Notes under the pieces: model-generated
What the model saw: only the letters and a program-made list of their open reading frames with translations
Told to the model about the DNA's origin: nothing
Database searches by the model: none
Shown: piece after piece, positions 1 through 10,022 of the stretch
Numbering within the stretch: position 1 is the stretch's first letter
Layout: every line of letters starts with the position of its first letter
Position numbers and translations under genes: made by a program
Virus record (IMG/VR): IMGVR_UViG_3300014059_000004
DNA: 64,000 nt
DNA from: a virus
Strand: one strand, 5' to 3'

Positions 1-2478
1 AACTTCTTGCCATCAACTGTGATATCGAGGTGTGTACCGTACCTAGAGCTTGAATTTGTGTTTGACAGAGGATTCAACAAAGACGTAAAGAAACTTCAGA
101 CAGCTGGACTTCTGAAGTTCTTGATGGGCGGCGTTGACGTCGATCCTGGCTCACCAAATGATATCATGAGAAAAGCTCGTGCCAAGAAGAATGACCAAAG
201 CGTTCAGACTTCAGCCGGCATGGAACTGTTCACTTCTCCGCAGACGTTGATCAACATGAATCCAGTTGAACCTGGTGCTCGATACGTTGATGTTCTTGAT
301 CCTACTCGGCCATTTGCATCTATCGAGAGCGTCAGCATCAACGTTGCACCGACTGTTGGCATCATGTCTTACAAGCATGCGACTGTTGTGATGAAGCTTC
401 ATGATCGTTCTAGGTTGGCAGAAGTTGCTGATCTGATCCAACCAACTACGTACACAAGAACAACTTGCTGGCTTACATACGGTTGGCGCCATCCTTATGA
501 GCCGTCTGGCGATTCAGCATCTGAAACGTACGCTGATTTCATAAACAGAAACATGCTAGTCAAAGAAGCATACGGCGTGAAGAACGCTTCGTATTCTTTT
601 GATCAGACCGGTCAAGTTTCTATCACGATTGAACTTTACACCAAAGCTGTGTCAGAGCTTCGTGACATCAAAGTTAACGAAGGTCCAAACTCGTTCAAGA
701 AGCTATCAGAGAGAATCAATGCGCTCGCAGAGCAGATTGCAGAACTTCGCAAAAGCTACAAGCTAGATCCTCCGACGGGATTGAACAAAGAGATCAGGGG
801 ATTCATGATCCTTGATGCTGCTGAGGGCGGGCAATTTCCTGATATGAAACCAGATGAGATCATCGATTCAATCAAGGGTCTCGAGAAGATGCTTCAAGAC
901 ACTGGAAGGATTGCTAAGGGTGCGTCTGACCCGTTGATAGCCAAGCTGAAAGAGCTGTACAAACCAACTGGAAAGAAGAACGAGAACTTTGAATTCAAAG
1001 AGCAAGTCAAGACAATTGCTTCTAATTACGTGAAGCAAAAGTTCGATGCTCTTGTAGCCGGCCCAGATCCATTTCTGATCTTCGATGAGAAGAACAAGAC
1101 GATGAAGGAAGAGACCGGGATCGAAGATGATCATCCGTTCTTGAAAGAATTGTCATCGTACAACAAGGAAGGCGACATCTCGAAAGAGCTAAAGGAAGGA
1201 ACCAACTTCCGCAAAGCCGTGGTGTCTTTTGGTAAGCTGTTCATGGTGTTCATGGCACCAGCTCTGTTTTCGATACAGACAGTAGATGAATTTCAAATCT
1301 TGTTCTACCAGCTCAACGACAGGGCTGGAAAGGCTTCATCAACAAACATAGCTGAGTTCCCAATCGATCTACCAGTCTTCCTGAGACAGTACAAAGAAGT
1401 GATAGAGAAGAACGGTACTGAAGCTATGACAGTTGAGCAATTTGTGAAGCTAGCTGTCGATGCGCAGATCAACGATTCAAGAGCTATCGGTTACGGCTTT
1501 CGCTCTGCTGGCGTCTTCAAGCCCTGGGATCCTAAGAACAGAGATCCGGATTACAAAGACAAGAAGAAAGGAGAACAATATGAATCGTTGCTCTCTTCTG
1601 TTAACGGTCGCCGCGGCACGTTTCAGATGCCGCAGATCGAAGTTTACGTTGAGATGACGCACGAAAGGTACGACAGCAAGTCAGGAAAATCAGTACCGGT
1701 TGATCTACTGCAGTACTTCAATGATCCAGCTAATTCTGTGTCAGCGAAACCTGACGAGTTGGGCAAGACTTTCAGAAAGATCTCGAAGATTCACGTTTAC
1801 GACAAGACAGTCAATCCGTACAAGACTGCTGCGTCAATACTCAGATCAGACACGCCGAACGGTACAACGTTCATGGAAGTCGATCCAGATCCATGGGTTA
1901 AACGTCACACTGAAGATCGCACGCAGATCGTGAAGAACATCTTCAAAGATCTGTACGAGATTGCAACGAACACCGGTGATACTGGCATCAAGCTGACCGT
2001 TGGAACGATGACGACCGATGCTAACAACCAGAAGGTGAAGCACATGGTGTCAAAGCTTGTTCCAAGCATCATCTACGGCATGAATTCGTCTGCTGTCATG
2101 GAAGCTAGCCTCTCGACGAAGCAAGATTCAAACTTGACAGCAGCGCAGCTATTGGGTCTAAACTCAGGTAAGAAAGTTTCAGCAACTCCTGCCGGCGGCG
2201 GTGGTGGTGGTTTGCCGCTAAAAGTCATTCCCGCTGCCTTGACCCTTCGAACGCTTGGCTGCCCGATATTGAACTATTCGCAGTTGTTCTTCATAGATTT
2301 TAACACTGGAACAACGATCGATAACATCTACGGAATCTGTGGATTGACCCACACGCTGACGCCTGGAAAGTTTGAATCTAGCTTGACAATGGCGTTCTAC
2401 GATGCATATGGCAAGTACGAAGGTGCTCCGCAGATCGTGCAGAAGATGAAAGACGGCATTAAGACTACAGAAAAGTAA
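1..2478 (+). CDS. large hypothetical protein, probably 5'-truncated by the window edge (frame open to nt 1); contains a Gly6 tract
   Basis: 823-aa ORF in the track. No recognisable catalytic motifs. Codon usage is consistent with its neighbours. Confidence 0.4.
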   Translation, partial: NFLPSTVISRCVPYLELEFVFDRGFNKDVKKLQTAGLLKFLMGGVDVDPGSPNDIMRKARAKKNDQSVQTSAGMELFTSPQTLINMNPVEPGARYVDVLDPTRPFASIESVSINVAPTVGIMSYKHATVVMKLHDRSRLAEVADLIQPTTYTRTTCWLTYGWRHPYEPSGDSASETYADFINRNMLVKEAYGVKNASYSFDQTGQVSITIELYTKAVSELRDIKVNEGPNSFKKLSERINALAEQIAELRKSYKLDPPTGLNKEIRGFMILDAAEGGQFPDMKPDEIIDSIKGLEKMLQDTGRIAKGASDPLIAKLKELYKPTGKKNENFEFKEQVKTIASNYVKQKFDALVAGPDPFLIFDEKNKTMKEETGIEDDHPFLKELSSYNKEGDISKELKEGTNFRKAVVSFGKLFMVFMAPALFSIQTVDEFQILFYQLNDRAGKASSTNIAEFPIDLPVFLRQYKEVIEKNGTEAMTVEQFVKLAVDAQINDSRAIGYGFRSAGVFKPWDPKNRDPDYKDKKKGEQYESLLSSVNGRRGTFQMPQIEVYVEMTHERYDSKSGKSVPVDLLQYFNDPANSVSAKPDELGKTFRKISKIHVYDKTVNPYKTAASILRSDTPNGTTFMEVDPDPWVKRHTEDRTQIVKNIFKDLYEIATNTGDTGIKLTVGTMTTDANNQKVKHMVSKLVPSIIYGMNSSAVMEASLSTKQDSNLTAAQLLGLNSGKKVSATPAGGGGGGLPLKVIPAALTLRTLGCPILNYSQLFFIDFNTGTTIDNIYGICGLTHTLTPGKFESSLTMAFYDAYGKYEGAPQIVQKMKDGIKTTEK

Positions 2479-2508
2479 GTTGCACATCTTACTGCCAGAG
2501 CCATAAGA

Positions 2509-3729
2509 TTGTTCAATCTTATGTCAGAGCCATTTTGTATCGATGCGAAGCTGATGGGCACTGAACGCCATCTGCACGTTGATGATGGTTACAAGTGGGT
2601 GGAAGAAATTCCGACAACTACTTGGCACTTGTCAGGCGAACTTAAATATTCGTCAAACAGGTGTCTAGACACCGTTATGAGGCTAAATTCAAAAGAAGCA
2701 GATCTTCTGCCTCATGAGAAGTACTTGAAGATGATGCAAGTCGTAGCGCCAGATCATGGACCTCGACAGCTTCCATGGGTTCACCTGATGACGAGCAAAG
2801 AACACAGGAGCTACGTCAGAAAACTGATTAATGAAGCGGTGGATACCATAGACAACTATTCGAAAGATTATTACGTGTCAACGTGGGTCAACGAGACAGC
2901 AGTATTGGATGCTTTGAAACCAGCCATGGTGTCTAGAAAAAAGTATGCCGAGCTCAAGGCAACTGTGAAGAATAACGTTCACACCATTGAAAGCTTCGAA
3001 CCAAATCTGTCTGGGTACGCAGCACCTGTGCTTTACGATCGACTTGCTACGCGAACCGGTCGCTTGACAGTGAAATCAGGTCCGCAAATCTTGACGTTGA
3101 AGAGAGAGCACAGGGACTTGGTAGTTCCTTCTACACCCAACGGTAAGATCATGTACGTTGATTTTGCCGCGCTGGAAGCTAGAGTTCTTCTCTACGAGGC
3201 TGGTGGCCAATGTTCAGACGTAGATCTTTACGGGATGATAGCAAGAGACTTGTTTGGCGGCACTGTGTCTAGAGACGCTGTGAAGCTAGCTGTCATCTCT
3301 GAGCTGTACGGTTCTGGGAAGCACACGCTTGGAGAGACGTTGCAGATATCTGGTGATCCCCTTGATAGATTCATAGCAAAGATCAAGGGATTCTTCAAGA
3401 CAAACGATCTAAAAGCAAGGGTGAAGGATCAGTACGTGAAGTTGGGTTACATACGAAACAGGCACGGTCGCATGGTGAAGATCGATGAGCCAATCGACAG
3501 GATCTTTGTAAATTCGTACGCACAATCAACTGGCGTTGATGTTAGCCTCCTTGGATTCAACGAGCTGCTGAAGAGTCTTAAGCACACGAAGTGCCGCCCG
3601 CTGTTCGTTCTTCACGATGCTCTCATCATAGATGTTCCGGAAGAATCAGTTGACGAAGTGATGCAGATCGAATCTGTAAAAGTTCCTGGTTACGTTCAAA
3701 ACTTTAAGCTAAAGGTTCAGATGATGTGA
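2509..3729 (+). CDS. family A DNA polymerase-like protein, polymerase (fingers/palm) domain only
   Basis: Motif A-like 'VDFAALEARVL', motif B-like 'RDAVKLAVISELYGSG', motif C-like 'VLHDALIIDV', with Pol I-like spacing (A to B about 50 aa, B to C about 100 aa). No 3'-5' exonuclease motifs. Confidence 0.55.
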   Translation: MFNLMSEPFCIDAKLMGTERHLHVDDGYKWVEEIPTTTWHLSGELKYSSNRCLDTVMRLNSKEADLLPHEKYLKMMQVVAPDHGPRQLPWVHLMTSKEHRSYVRKLINEAVDTIDNYSKDYYVSTWVNETAVLDALKPAMVSRKKYAELKATVKNNVHTIESFEPNLSGYAAPVLYDRLATRTGRLTVKSGPQILTLKREHRDLVVPSTPNGKIMYVDFAALEARVLLYEAGGQCSDVDLYGMIARDLFGGTVSRDAVKLAVISELYGSGKHTLGETLQISGDPLDRFIAKIKGFFKTNDLKARVKDQYVKLGYIRNRHGRMVKIDEPIDRIFVNSYAQSTGVDVSLLGFNELLKSLKHTKCRPLFVLHDALIIDVPEESVDEVMQIESVKVPGYVQNFKLKVQMM

Positions 3730-3768
3730 ATAAGTAATTGAACATTCAAACCAACGTAGAGTGTAATC

Positions 3769-4398
3769 TTGATCAAGATGAAAGCTCAACTACCTAATCT
3801 TACTGCTGAAGAAATTGAACAAAATTGGCTTAGATATGTTTCGCTATTGGGAAAGATTGGTGATCGATCGACTGCAGCGGTTAATATGGCAGAAGCGCTA
3901 GGTGAACGACTGGCACTATGTCCAGCTTCTGCTAAGAAAGACTTTCATAGAGCGTGTGCTGGAGGCTTGGTAGATCACTCGCTAAGAGTCTTGACAAACG
4001 CTCTTACGTACAGCAAAGCTTTCGGTTGGAAGCTTCCTAAAGATTCGTTGATCTTGTCGTGCTTGTGCCATGATCTTGGAAAAGTAGGTGACGTGGACAA
4101 CGAATATTACATCGCTGCAGAAGAATGGCGTGCTCAGAAGCTCGGTGAGCTGTACACGTACAACTACGACATGCAGCACATGAGTAACCCAGACAGAAGC
4201 ATCTTCTTGCTGCAGCACTACGGCGTGAAGCTGACTCAAGATGAGCACCTAGCTATCAGGCTCAACGATGGTTACGTCGTTGAAGAGAATAAGACGTACT
4301 GCTTGAAAGAACCGCTTCTTGCTCACGTGGTCATGACTGCAGATTACGTGTCTACGATGGTAGAAAAAGGTATGTTCCCAAGTGAATTACATCTCTGA
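3769..4398 (+). CDS. HD-domain phosphohydrolase-like protein
   Basis: 'HRACAGG...H' and 'CLCHDLGK' His/HD signature typical of HD metal-dependent phosphohydrolases. Confidence 0.4.
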   Translation: MIKMKAQLPNLTAEEIEQNWLRYVSLLGKIGDRSTAAVNMAEALGERLALCPASAKKDFHRACAGGLVDHSLRVLTNALTYSKAFGWKLPKDSLILSCLCHDLGKVGDVDNEYYIAAEEWRAQKLGELYTYNYDMQHMSNPDRSIFLLQHYGVKLTQDEHLAIRLNDGYVVEENKTYCLKEPLLAHVVMTADYVSTMVEKGMFPSELHL

Positions 4399-4780
4399 TC
4401 TTACGAAAGGATCGATCTGCGCTGATAATTTTCGAGTGCATGTTGTATCTGACGTTGAGTTGCACATGTACGCGGCGTTGGCTATGGCATTTTCTGGCGA
4501 CAAGAAAGCAGTGGCGTGGGCTGTGAAGAACGGAGAGCTGCACTTGTACAGCGCACCAGAGCATGTTGCTTTTCAGCTTCCTTTTCCTATGTCTTACGAT
4601 CTAAGCGCCAAGTTCGCTCTAGAATGGCTAAGTTCGTTGAAAGAAGATCAGCTTGGCAAGCAGCCTGACATAGACGGTAGCACCAGCAAAGGTTGGTGCA
4701 TTGATAACGAGCGCACTCACGTTGAAGATTGGAAGCTTCTAGCGAAGATCAAGCCTGTGTGGCTTACGTACCATAAGTGA
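4382..4780 (+). CDS. hypothetical protein
   Basis: ORF overlapping the upstream stop (translational coupling). Confidence 0.3.
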   Translation: MNYISDLTKGSICADNFRVHVVSDVELHMYAALAMAFSGDKKAVAWAVKNGELHLYSAPEHVAFQLPFPMSYDLSAKFALEWLSSLKEDQLGKQPDIDGSTSKGWCIDNERTHVEDWKLLAKIKPVWLTYHK

Positions 4781-5138
4781 AGTTTCATGTATACTTATAG
4801 TGATGAGTAGAGAACTGCTCGTGAGGTACTTGAGGCTAGCGATAGATGAGTCTAGGAATGCAAACGTTCCTACACAGCTCATCGAACCTGATTCTGTGGA
4901 TGATAACGATAAGAGGAACTTGGACCAAGTTGACGAATTTTCTGGTGTTGGAGCCGTAGCCGGTTACACAGCACCTCTAGGAATGTCACCAGACAAGCTG
5001 GGCAGGAAGAAGAACAAGAAGCGTTAACTGAAGTGATCTGAGGATTTTGAACTTCCCCAGCATGGGAGTGTACTGTAACATTAATCGCATTCTGCGGTTT
5101 GAGCAGTACACAATTGCTCATAAGGAAAGAGGACAAAC

Positions 5139-6029
5139 ATGGCGATAAATCTAGAGGCAATTCGTAAGCGTATGGCAGAACTCAACGGGCAGAAGAAGAC
5201 GTCTTCTGTTCAACTTTGGAAGCCAACGCCGGGCGAGTATAAAATTCGTGCAGTTCCTTGGAAGAACTCCACAGATGACCTGCCTTTTCTTGAGAGGTGG
5301 TTCTACTACATCGGAAACGCACAAGGAATCCTGTCGCCGAAGCAGTTCGGTAAGCCGGATCCGATCGATGATCTGATCAGGAAGCTGTATTCTTCTGGAA
5401 AGCCAGAAGATCGTGCAATGGCAAAGCAGCTTCATCCGAAGATGAGAGCGTACGTTGCTGTCGTTGTTAGGGGTCAGGAAGACAAGGGCGTCCAGGTTTG
5501 GAGCATCGGCAAGGGAATCTACAATCGCTTGCTTGGATTCTTCTCTGACGAGGAGGTTGGAGATTTTCTTGATCCTCTCGTTGGATTTGACCTGAAGGTC
5601 ACGATCACCCAAGTGCCTGGAAAACAATACCCAGACACGACTGTTGATGCTGCTCGTAGGCCATCAAAGCTGATGGAAGATCCTGCACAGATCGAGAAGT
5701 TGCTGGCATCGACGCCGAACCTAGACGACATGTATCGTCAGAAGTCGAAGGAAGAGATCGAGAAGGTCTTGAACGATTGGCTGAACAGCGACGTTGCTGC
5801 ATCAGAAGATGGCACCGAGAAGGGTGCACCTGCTAATGATGCGCTCGATGCACTTGTCAACGAAGTTGCAACCGCAGCGAAGGCACAACCTGCTTCTGCA
5901 CCTGCAGAAGAGCCAAAGAAGCAGAGCAAGAAAAAGTCGACGGCATCTGACGATGACGATGATGCACCTAAGAAGAAGCAAACACTTGACGATGCATTCA
6001 ACGAGCTGATGGAGACATTACGTGGCTAA
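5139..6029 (+). CDS. ssDNA-binding protein, T4 gp32-like
   Basis: N-terminus 'MAINLEAIRKRMAELNGQKKTSS...' resembles the gp32 N-terminal region. Acidic C-terminal tail 'ASDDDDDAPKKK...DDAFNELMETL'. Strong RBS 'aaggaaagagga' upstream. Confidence 0.55.
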   Translation: MAINLEAIRKRMAELNGQKKTSSVQLWKPTPGEYKIRAVPWKNSTDDLPFLERWFYYIGNAQGILSPKQFGKPDPIDDLIRKLYSSGKPEDRAMAKQLHPKMRAYVAVVVRGQEDKGVQVWSIGKGIYNRLLGFFSDEEVGDFLDPLVGFDLKVTITQVPGKQYPDTTVDAARRPSKLMEDPAQIEKLLASTPNLDDMYRQKSKEEIEKVLNDWLNSDVAASEDGTEKGAPANDALDALVNEVATAAKAQPASAPAEEPKKQSKKKSTASDDDDDAPKKKQTLDDAFNELMETLRG

Positions 6030-7254
6030 ACCTGCCAAGGTTGTTGCGGGTGAAGAACCTGCAAAGAAGAAAGCTGCAAACAGCGACGTTGACGATCTTA
6101 CGACTGAGATCATCAAGTCCATCAACAAAGAGTTCGGTCAACGTGTAGCGTACAACCTATCAGTAGACGAAGCGCCCACCAACGTGAAGCGTTGGTTGGA
6201 CACTGGTTCTATTCAGCTGAATTACGCTATCAGAAATGCTGCTGGAGGTGGTTATCCTGAAGGTCGAGTAATCGAGATTTCTGGACCACCGTCGATAGGT
6301 AAATCACACCTAGCGTACCACGCTGCTGCCATCGTCCAAGGGATGGGTGGGCTGGTCGTTTACATTGACACTGAGAATGCAACGCCAGTTGAGAAGCTTA
6401 AGAACGTTGGCATCAACGTTGCAAAGAGGTTCGTGTACTGCGATGCACATTGCACTGAAGAAGTATTTTCGATCATCGAATCTACTATCTTGAAGGCAAA
6501 GCAAGTCATGGACAAGAACGTTCCAATTCTTGTCATATGGGACTCAGTGGCAGCAACATCACCGAAGGCAGAACTAGACGGTGATTACGATCAAAACACA
6601 GTTGGTTTGCAAGCCAGAGTCATCAGCAAAGGCATGAGAAAGATCACTGGTGTGATCGGTCAGAATAACGTGACCCTGCTATGCCTCAACCAACTTCGAA
6701 CCGCTATCGGTGTAATGCACGGAGATCCAGACATCACGCCGGGCGGAAAATCGATTCCTTACCACGCAACGCTCAGAATCAGGCTTTCTTCTGGAACGCA
6801 AGTTAAAGATAGCAGCGGAAATGTCATTGGCATCCATGTCATCATGACGACGAAGAAGAACAAAGTCGCACCTCCTTTTAGGAAGTACGAATTTGACGTC
6901 ATCTTTGGCAGGGGAATTTCTGAGCACACTTACATCTTTGACGAACTTCGATCACACTGTGAAAAGAACGCTGTGACGATCGATCACAAGGATAGCAAGG
7001 GAAACGTTGAAAAGCTTCAGATCACCATTGAAGGTACACAAGCCTGGAAGACGCTGAAAGTTTTCAGCACCGTGACTGGAGAAGTTCTCATCGAGAAGAA
7101 GTTCCAAAAGAACAATTTTGATGAGATAATGGCAGATCCAGTGTATAAGCCATTCATTGACAAAGCCATAGAAGAGACGTACACTGTTCACGGTGGTGAT
7201 CCAGATTCGTCCGGTGAATCACCTTCGGAAGAAGAGGTCCTCGATGAAAGTTGA
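6022..7254 (+). CDS. uvsX: UvsX/RecA-family recombinase
   Basis: Walker A 'GPPSIGKSH'. RecA-fold core 'LVIWDSVAAT' and 'LLCLNQLR'. Overall length and architecture of UvsX. Confidence 0.75.
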   Translation: MAKPAKVVAGEEPAKKKAANSDVDDLTTEIIKSINKEFGQRVAYNLSVDEAPTNVKRWLDTGSIQLNYAIRNAAGGGYPEGRVIEISGPPSIGKSHLAYHAAAIVQGMGGLVVYIDTENATPVEKLKNVGINVAKRFVYCDAHCTEEVFSIIESTILKAKQVMDKNVPILVIWDSVAATSPKAELDGDYDQNTVGLQARVISKGMRKITGVIGQNNVTLLCLNQLRTAIGVMHGDPDITPGGKSIPYHATLRIRLSSGTQVKDSSGNVIGIHVIMTTKKNKVAPPFRKYEFDVIFGRGISEHTYIFDELRSHCEKNAVTIDHKDSKGNVEKLQITIEGTQAWKTLKVFSTVTGEVLIEKKFQKNNFDEIMADPVYKPFIDKAIEETYTVHGGDPDSSGESPSEEEVLDES

Positions 7255-7765
7255 AGTTCTCTACGATGGTCCGGCTGCTCCGGAGTACAAGACGCCTGGA
7301 GCAGCTGGGTGCGATCTGTACGCTGACGAGCACCAGATCGTCCTAGCAGGAAAGACAACGATCATCTCTACGGGACTTCGGCTTGCGATCCCAGAGGGAT
7401 ACGAAGGTCAAGTCAGGTCAAGATCAGGTCTTGCAACGAAAGGCGTGTTCGTTCTGAACTCTCCTGGTTGCATTGATTGTTTTTCGGGTGATTCGAAGAT
7501 TAGTACTCTTAATGGAAAAATGAGCATACATGATCTTCGAATCAATGATCATATTCATTCATTCAATGAATCAACGCATGAAATAGAAAGTGATATTGTC
7601 ACTGCCATTGTTGATGTGGGCGTAAGAGATGTTATCATTTTTCGCCTAGATGATAATACTACAATGTCTTTGACACCTGGAACGCTTGTATATACTAGCG
7701 CCGGCTTGAAGAGAGCTGATCAATTGACGTCATCTGATGAAATACTGGTTGACCATGATAGTTAG
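7244..7765 (+). CDS. dut: dUTPase N-terminal extein fused to a split-intein N-fragment (IntN, nt 7478-7762)
   Basis: dUTPase motifs 'AAGCDLYA' and 'IPEGYEGQVRSRSGLA'. Motif 3 'GCID' is then interrupted by intein block A 'CFSGDSKISTL'. The ORF ends at a TAG stop. The ATG overlaps the uvsX stop. Confidence 0.7.
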   Translation: MKVEVLYDGPAAPEYKTPGAAGCDLYADEHQIVLAGKTTIISTGLRLAIPEGYEGQVRSRSGLATKGVFVLNSPGCIDCFSGDSKISTLNGKMSIHDLRINDHIHSFNESTHEIESDIVTAIVDVGVRDVIIFRLDDNTTMSLTPGTLVYTSAGLKRADQLTSSDEILVDHDS

Positions 7766-8791
7766 TTATCATGGTCAAATGTTTGATATGCAACGTTGAA
7801 AAACCCTATTCTATCGTTGAACATCTACGTTGTAAGCACAAATTGTCAGTTGAAGCTTATCGTAAACAATTTGCCAACGCAGAAGTGAAATCTGCGTTGG
7901 CAATTGAAGCCATTTCTAAGCAACATAAGCTTGTTTGGCAAGATGAATCATACAAGCAAAAGATGCGTGCGTCTCGACAACGCACGCATCGTACAGATGA
8001 ATTTCGTAAAAAACAATCTGATATCATTAAAAGTACATACGCCCATGGGCATAGAACTTGGAATGATGGTCTGACAAAAGATTCGGATGAAAGACTGTCT
8101 TTGATTGGAAAAAAGAATTCAGAACATTTGACAGGCAGAACAAAAGATACACATGATTATCTTAAAGGAAAAAGTGTTTTCATGAAGAAATTTCATGAGG
8201 ATAATCCCGGTGTCTTTGTTCATAATAGAATTAATTGGTCAGAAGAACGAATAAAAGAATGGAAGGAAAAAATAAGTTCATCAGTTTGTGAAGCTTACCA
8301 TGATGGCAGATGTGGCAGTTCATATCGATATATCAAAGGTTGGTTCGAAACGAAAGATTCTAAAAGAGAACATTATGATTCATCATGGGAACTTTCTTTG
8401 ATGGAATTCTTGGAATCATTGAATGTTACGTGGACAAAAGCACATCGAATTACGATTGATTATCAATTTAATGGTAATAGAAGATACATTCCTGATTTTT
8501 TGATATCTTGGCGTGGTAAAAATTTGCTGCTTGAATTGAAGGGTTATGTTTCATCACAGATTGAACTTGATGAAAAAACTCAAGCAGCTAAAATTTGGTC
8601 AGAGAAACAAAACATGTGTTTTTCACTGTGTCATAGCGTAAACGAAGCAAAAGATGTCATTTGTAAATTTATGACGGAGGCAAATGAAACTAGCAAAAAT
8701 TGTTAATATTGAGCGTTCTACTGATCGTTGTTATGATTTGACCGTTGAAAACAATCATAATTTTTTCTGTAATGATGTTCTGATTCATAAC
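7478..8791 (+). mobile_element. fractured-gene element: split intein (IntN/IntC) with an interposed homing-endonuclease gene inserted in dut motif 3
   Basis: Intein block A sits after dut 'GCID'. IntC ends 'HN' followed by 'C-DYRG'. Joining the exteins restores canonical 'GxIDxDYRG'. Confidence 0.65.
7771..8706 (+). CDS. free-standing homing endonuclease between split-intein halves (Zn-finger N-terminus, PD-(D/E)xK Vsr-like C-terminus)
   Basis: 'CLICNV...HLRCKH' zinc finger. C-terminal '[18 protein letters not shown]' PD-(D/E)xK signature. Different reading frame from both dut halves. Confidence 0.5.
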   Translation: MVKCLICNVEKPYSIVEHLRCKHKLSVEAYRKQFANAEVKSALAIEAISKQHKLVWQDESYKQKMRASRQRTHRTDEFRKKQSDIIKSTYAHGHRTWNDGLTKDSDERLSLIGKKNSEHLTGRTKDTHDYLKGKSVFMKKFHEDNPGVFVHNRINWSEERIKEWKEKISSSVCEAYHDGRCGSSYRYIKGWFETKDSKREHYDSSWELSLMEFLESLNVTWTKAHRITIDYQFNGNRRYIPDFLISWRGKNLLLELKGYVSSQIELDEKTQAAKIWSEKQNMCFSLCHSVNEAKDVICKFMTEANETSKNC

Positions 8792-9079
8792 TGTGATTAC
8801 AGAGGCGTTGTGAAAGTCATATTGCACAACGTAGGGTCATCGACATTTACTGTCAACAAAGGAGATAGGATAGCCCAGCTTGTAATTACGCCGATTATTC
8901 GAGCGTCATTCTCGCACTCTCGTGAGCTGCCAGAAACCGCTCGTGGAGCCGGTGGGTTTGGTTCAACTGGTACGTTAACTGATCTGTACTTGGGTCTTTG
9001 CGTTGATTACAGTTCAACATCTCTACACAAGGTGTTAAATGGACGAAAAATCAACGCAAAGACCCATTTTGATATATGA
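8684..9079 (+). CDS. dut: split-intein C-fragment (IntC, 36 aa) fused to dUTPase C-terminal extein
   Basis: '[36 protein letters not shown]' closely resembles DnaE-type IntC (cf. '...VYDIGVERDHNF...ASN'). It is followed by +1 Cys and dUTPase motif 3 'DYRGVVKV' and motif 4/5 'VITPI...[10 protein letters not shown]'. Confidence 0.7.
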   Translation: MKLAKIVNIERSTDRCYDLTVENNHNFFCNDVLIHNCDYRGVVKVILHNVGSSTFTVNKGDRIAQLVITPIIRASFSHSRELPETARGAGGFGSTGTLTDLYLGLCVDYSSTSLHKVLNGRKINAKTHFDI

Positions 9080-10022
9080 CGCAATGAACAGCTTCGTGCG
9101 TGCATATGCAGCGTTTCCCGCAATGAACGTCAATGGTGAAGCTATGGGAGGCTGCGTTGGATTCTTGAAGACGCTTCGCAAGCTTGTTAACGAATACTCA
9201 CCATCTGCTGTGTACATCGCTTGGGAAGGTGGTGGATCGCAGAGAAGAAGAGCTCTGTTCTCAGAATACAAGATGAATCGACGACCAGAGAAGTTGAATC
9301 GATTCTATGAAGATGAAATACCAGATTCTGAAGAGAATCGTCAGCATCAACTGATAGTGCTGCTTAACTTGCTGAAGCACGTGCCAGTTTGTCAACTTTA
9401 TGTCTCTGATTGCGAAGGCGATGATCTTGTAGCTTACCTTGCACGGCAGAAATTTAAGAACGTTGACAAGATCATCGCTTCGTCTGACAAGGATATGTAC
9501 CAGCTCCTTGACGAGCAGACGAAGATCTACAATTTTCACAAGAAGATCATTGTGACAGGTGATGACATCTTGAATGAGTACAAGATCAAGCCGGGAAACT
9601 TTGGTCTAGCGAAAGCGTTGTGCGGTGATCCGTCTGACAACATCCCTGGTTTGAAGGGATTTGGGTTCAAGACAGCGTCTCGCGTTCTTCCGTTCTTGCA
9701 GCTTCAAGATGACATTCTTGTCAGCGATGTGATCGATTACTGCAATTCACACTATGACGAGTCAAAGTTGTACCAACGTGTTGTCGAAAATCAGGATCTT
9801 TTGAAGAGAAATTGGCGCCTCGTTCATCTAGACGGCAGCATGCTGTCCGCTGCTCAGGCTTCCAAAGTAGATCAATTGATCAGTACATACGTCCCACGTA
9901 GTGATAGGATCAGCTTTACTCGAGGGCTTATGAAGGAAGGCATCAATGATTTTGATGTTGCTGATTTCTTCATGACCTTCAACTGCATCGAGAACGTGGA
10001 AAATAGGACTAAAGAAAAATGA
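9039..10022 (+). CDS. 5'-3' exonuclease / RNase H (FEN family, T4 rnh-like)
   Basis: N-terminal '[14 protein letters not shown]' and '[10 protein letters not shown]...[14 protein letters not shown]', then '[11 protein letters not shown]'. The acidic clusters are typical of the FEN/PIN nuclease fold. A helix-hairpin-helix region '[18 protein letters not shown]' follows. Confidence 0.7.
   Translation: MDEKSTQRPILIYDAMNSFVRAYAAFPAMNVNGEAMGGCVGFLKTLRKLVNEYSPSAVYIAWEGGGSQRRRALFSEYKMNRRPEKLNRFYEDEIPDSEENRQHQLIVLLNLLKHVPVCQLYVSDCEGDDLVAYLARQKFKNVDKIIASSDKDMYQLLDEQTKIYNFHKKIIVTGDDILNEYKIKPGNFGLAKALCGDPSDNIPGLKGFGFKTASRVLPFLQLQDDILVSDVIDYCNSHYDESKLYQRVVENQDLLKRNWRLVHLDGSMLSAAQASKVDQLISTYVPRSDRISFTRGLMKEGINDFDVADFFMTFNCIENVENRTKEK

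Noticed and set aside
5151-6001. Several minus-strand ORFs (158, 70, 74 and 87 aa) inside the gp32-like gene.
   Set aside because: They are antisense shadows of a strongly supported + strand gene with low-complexity Ser/Ala runs.
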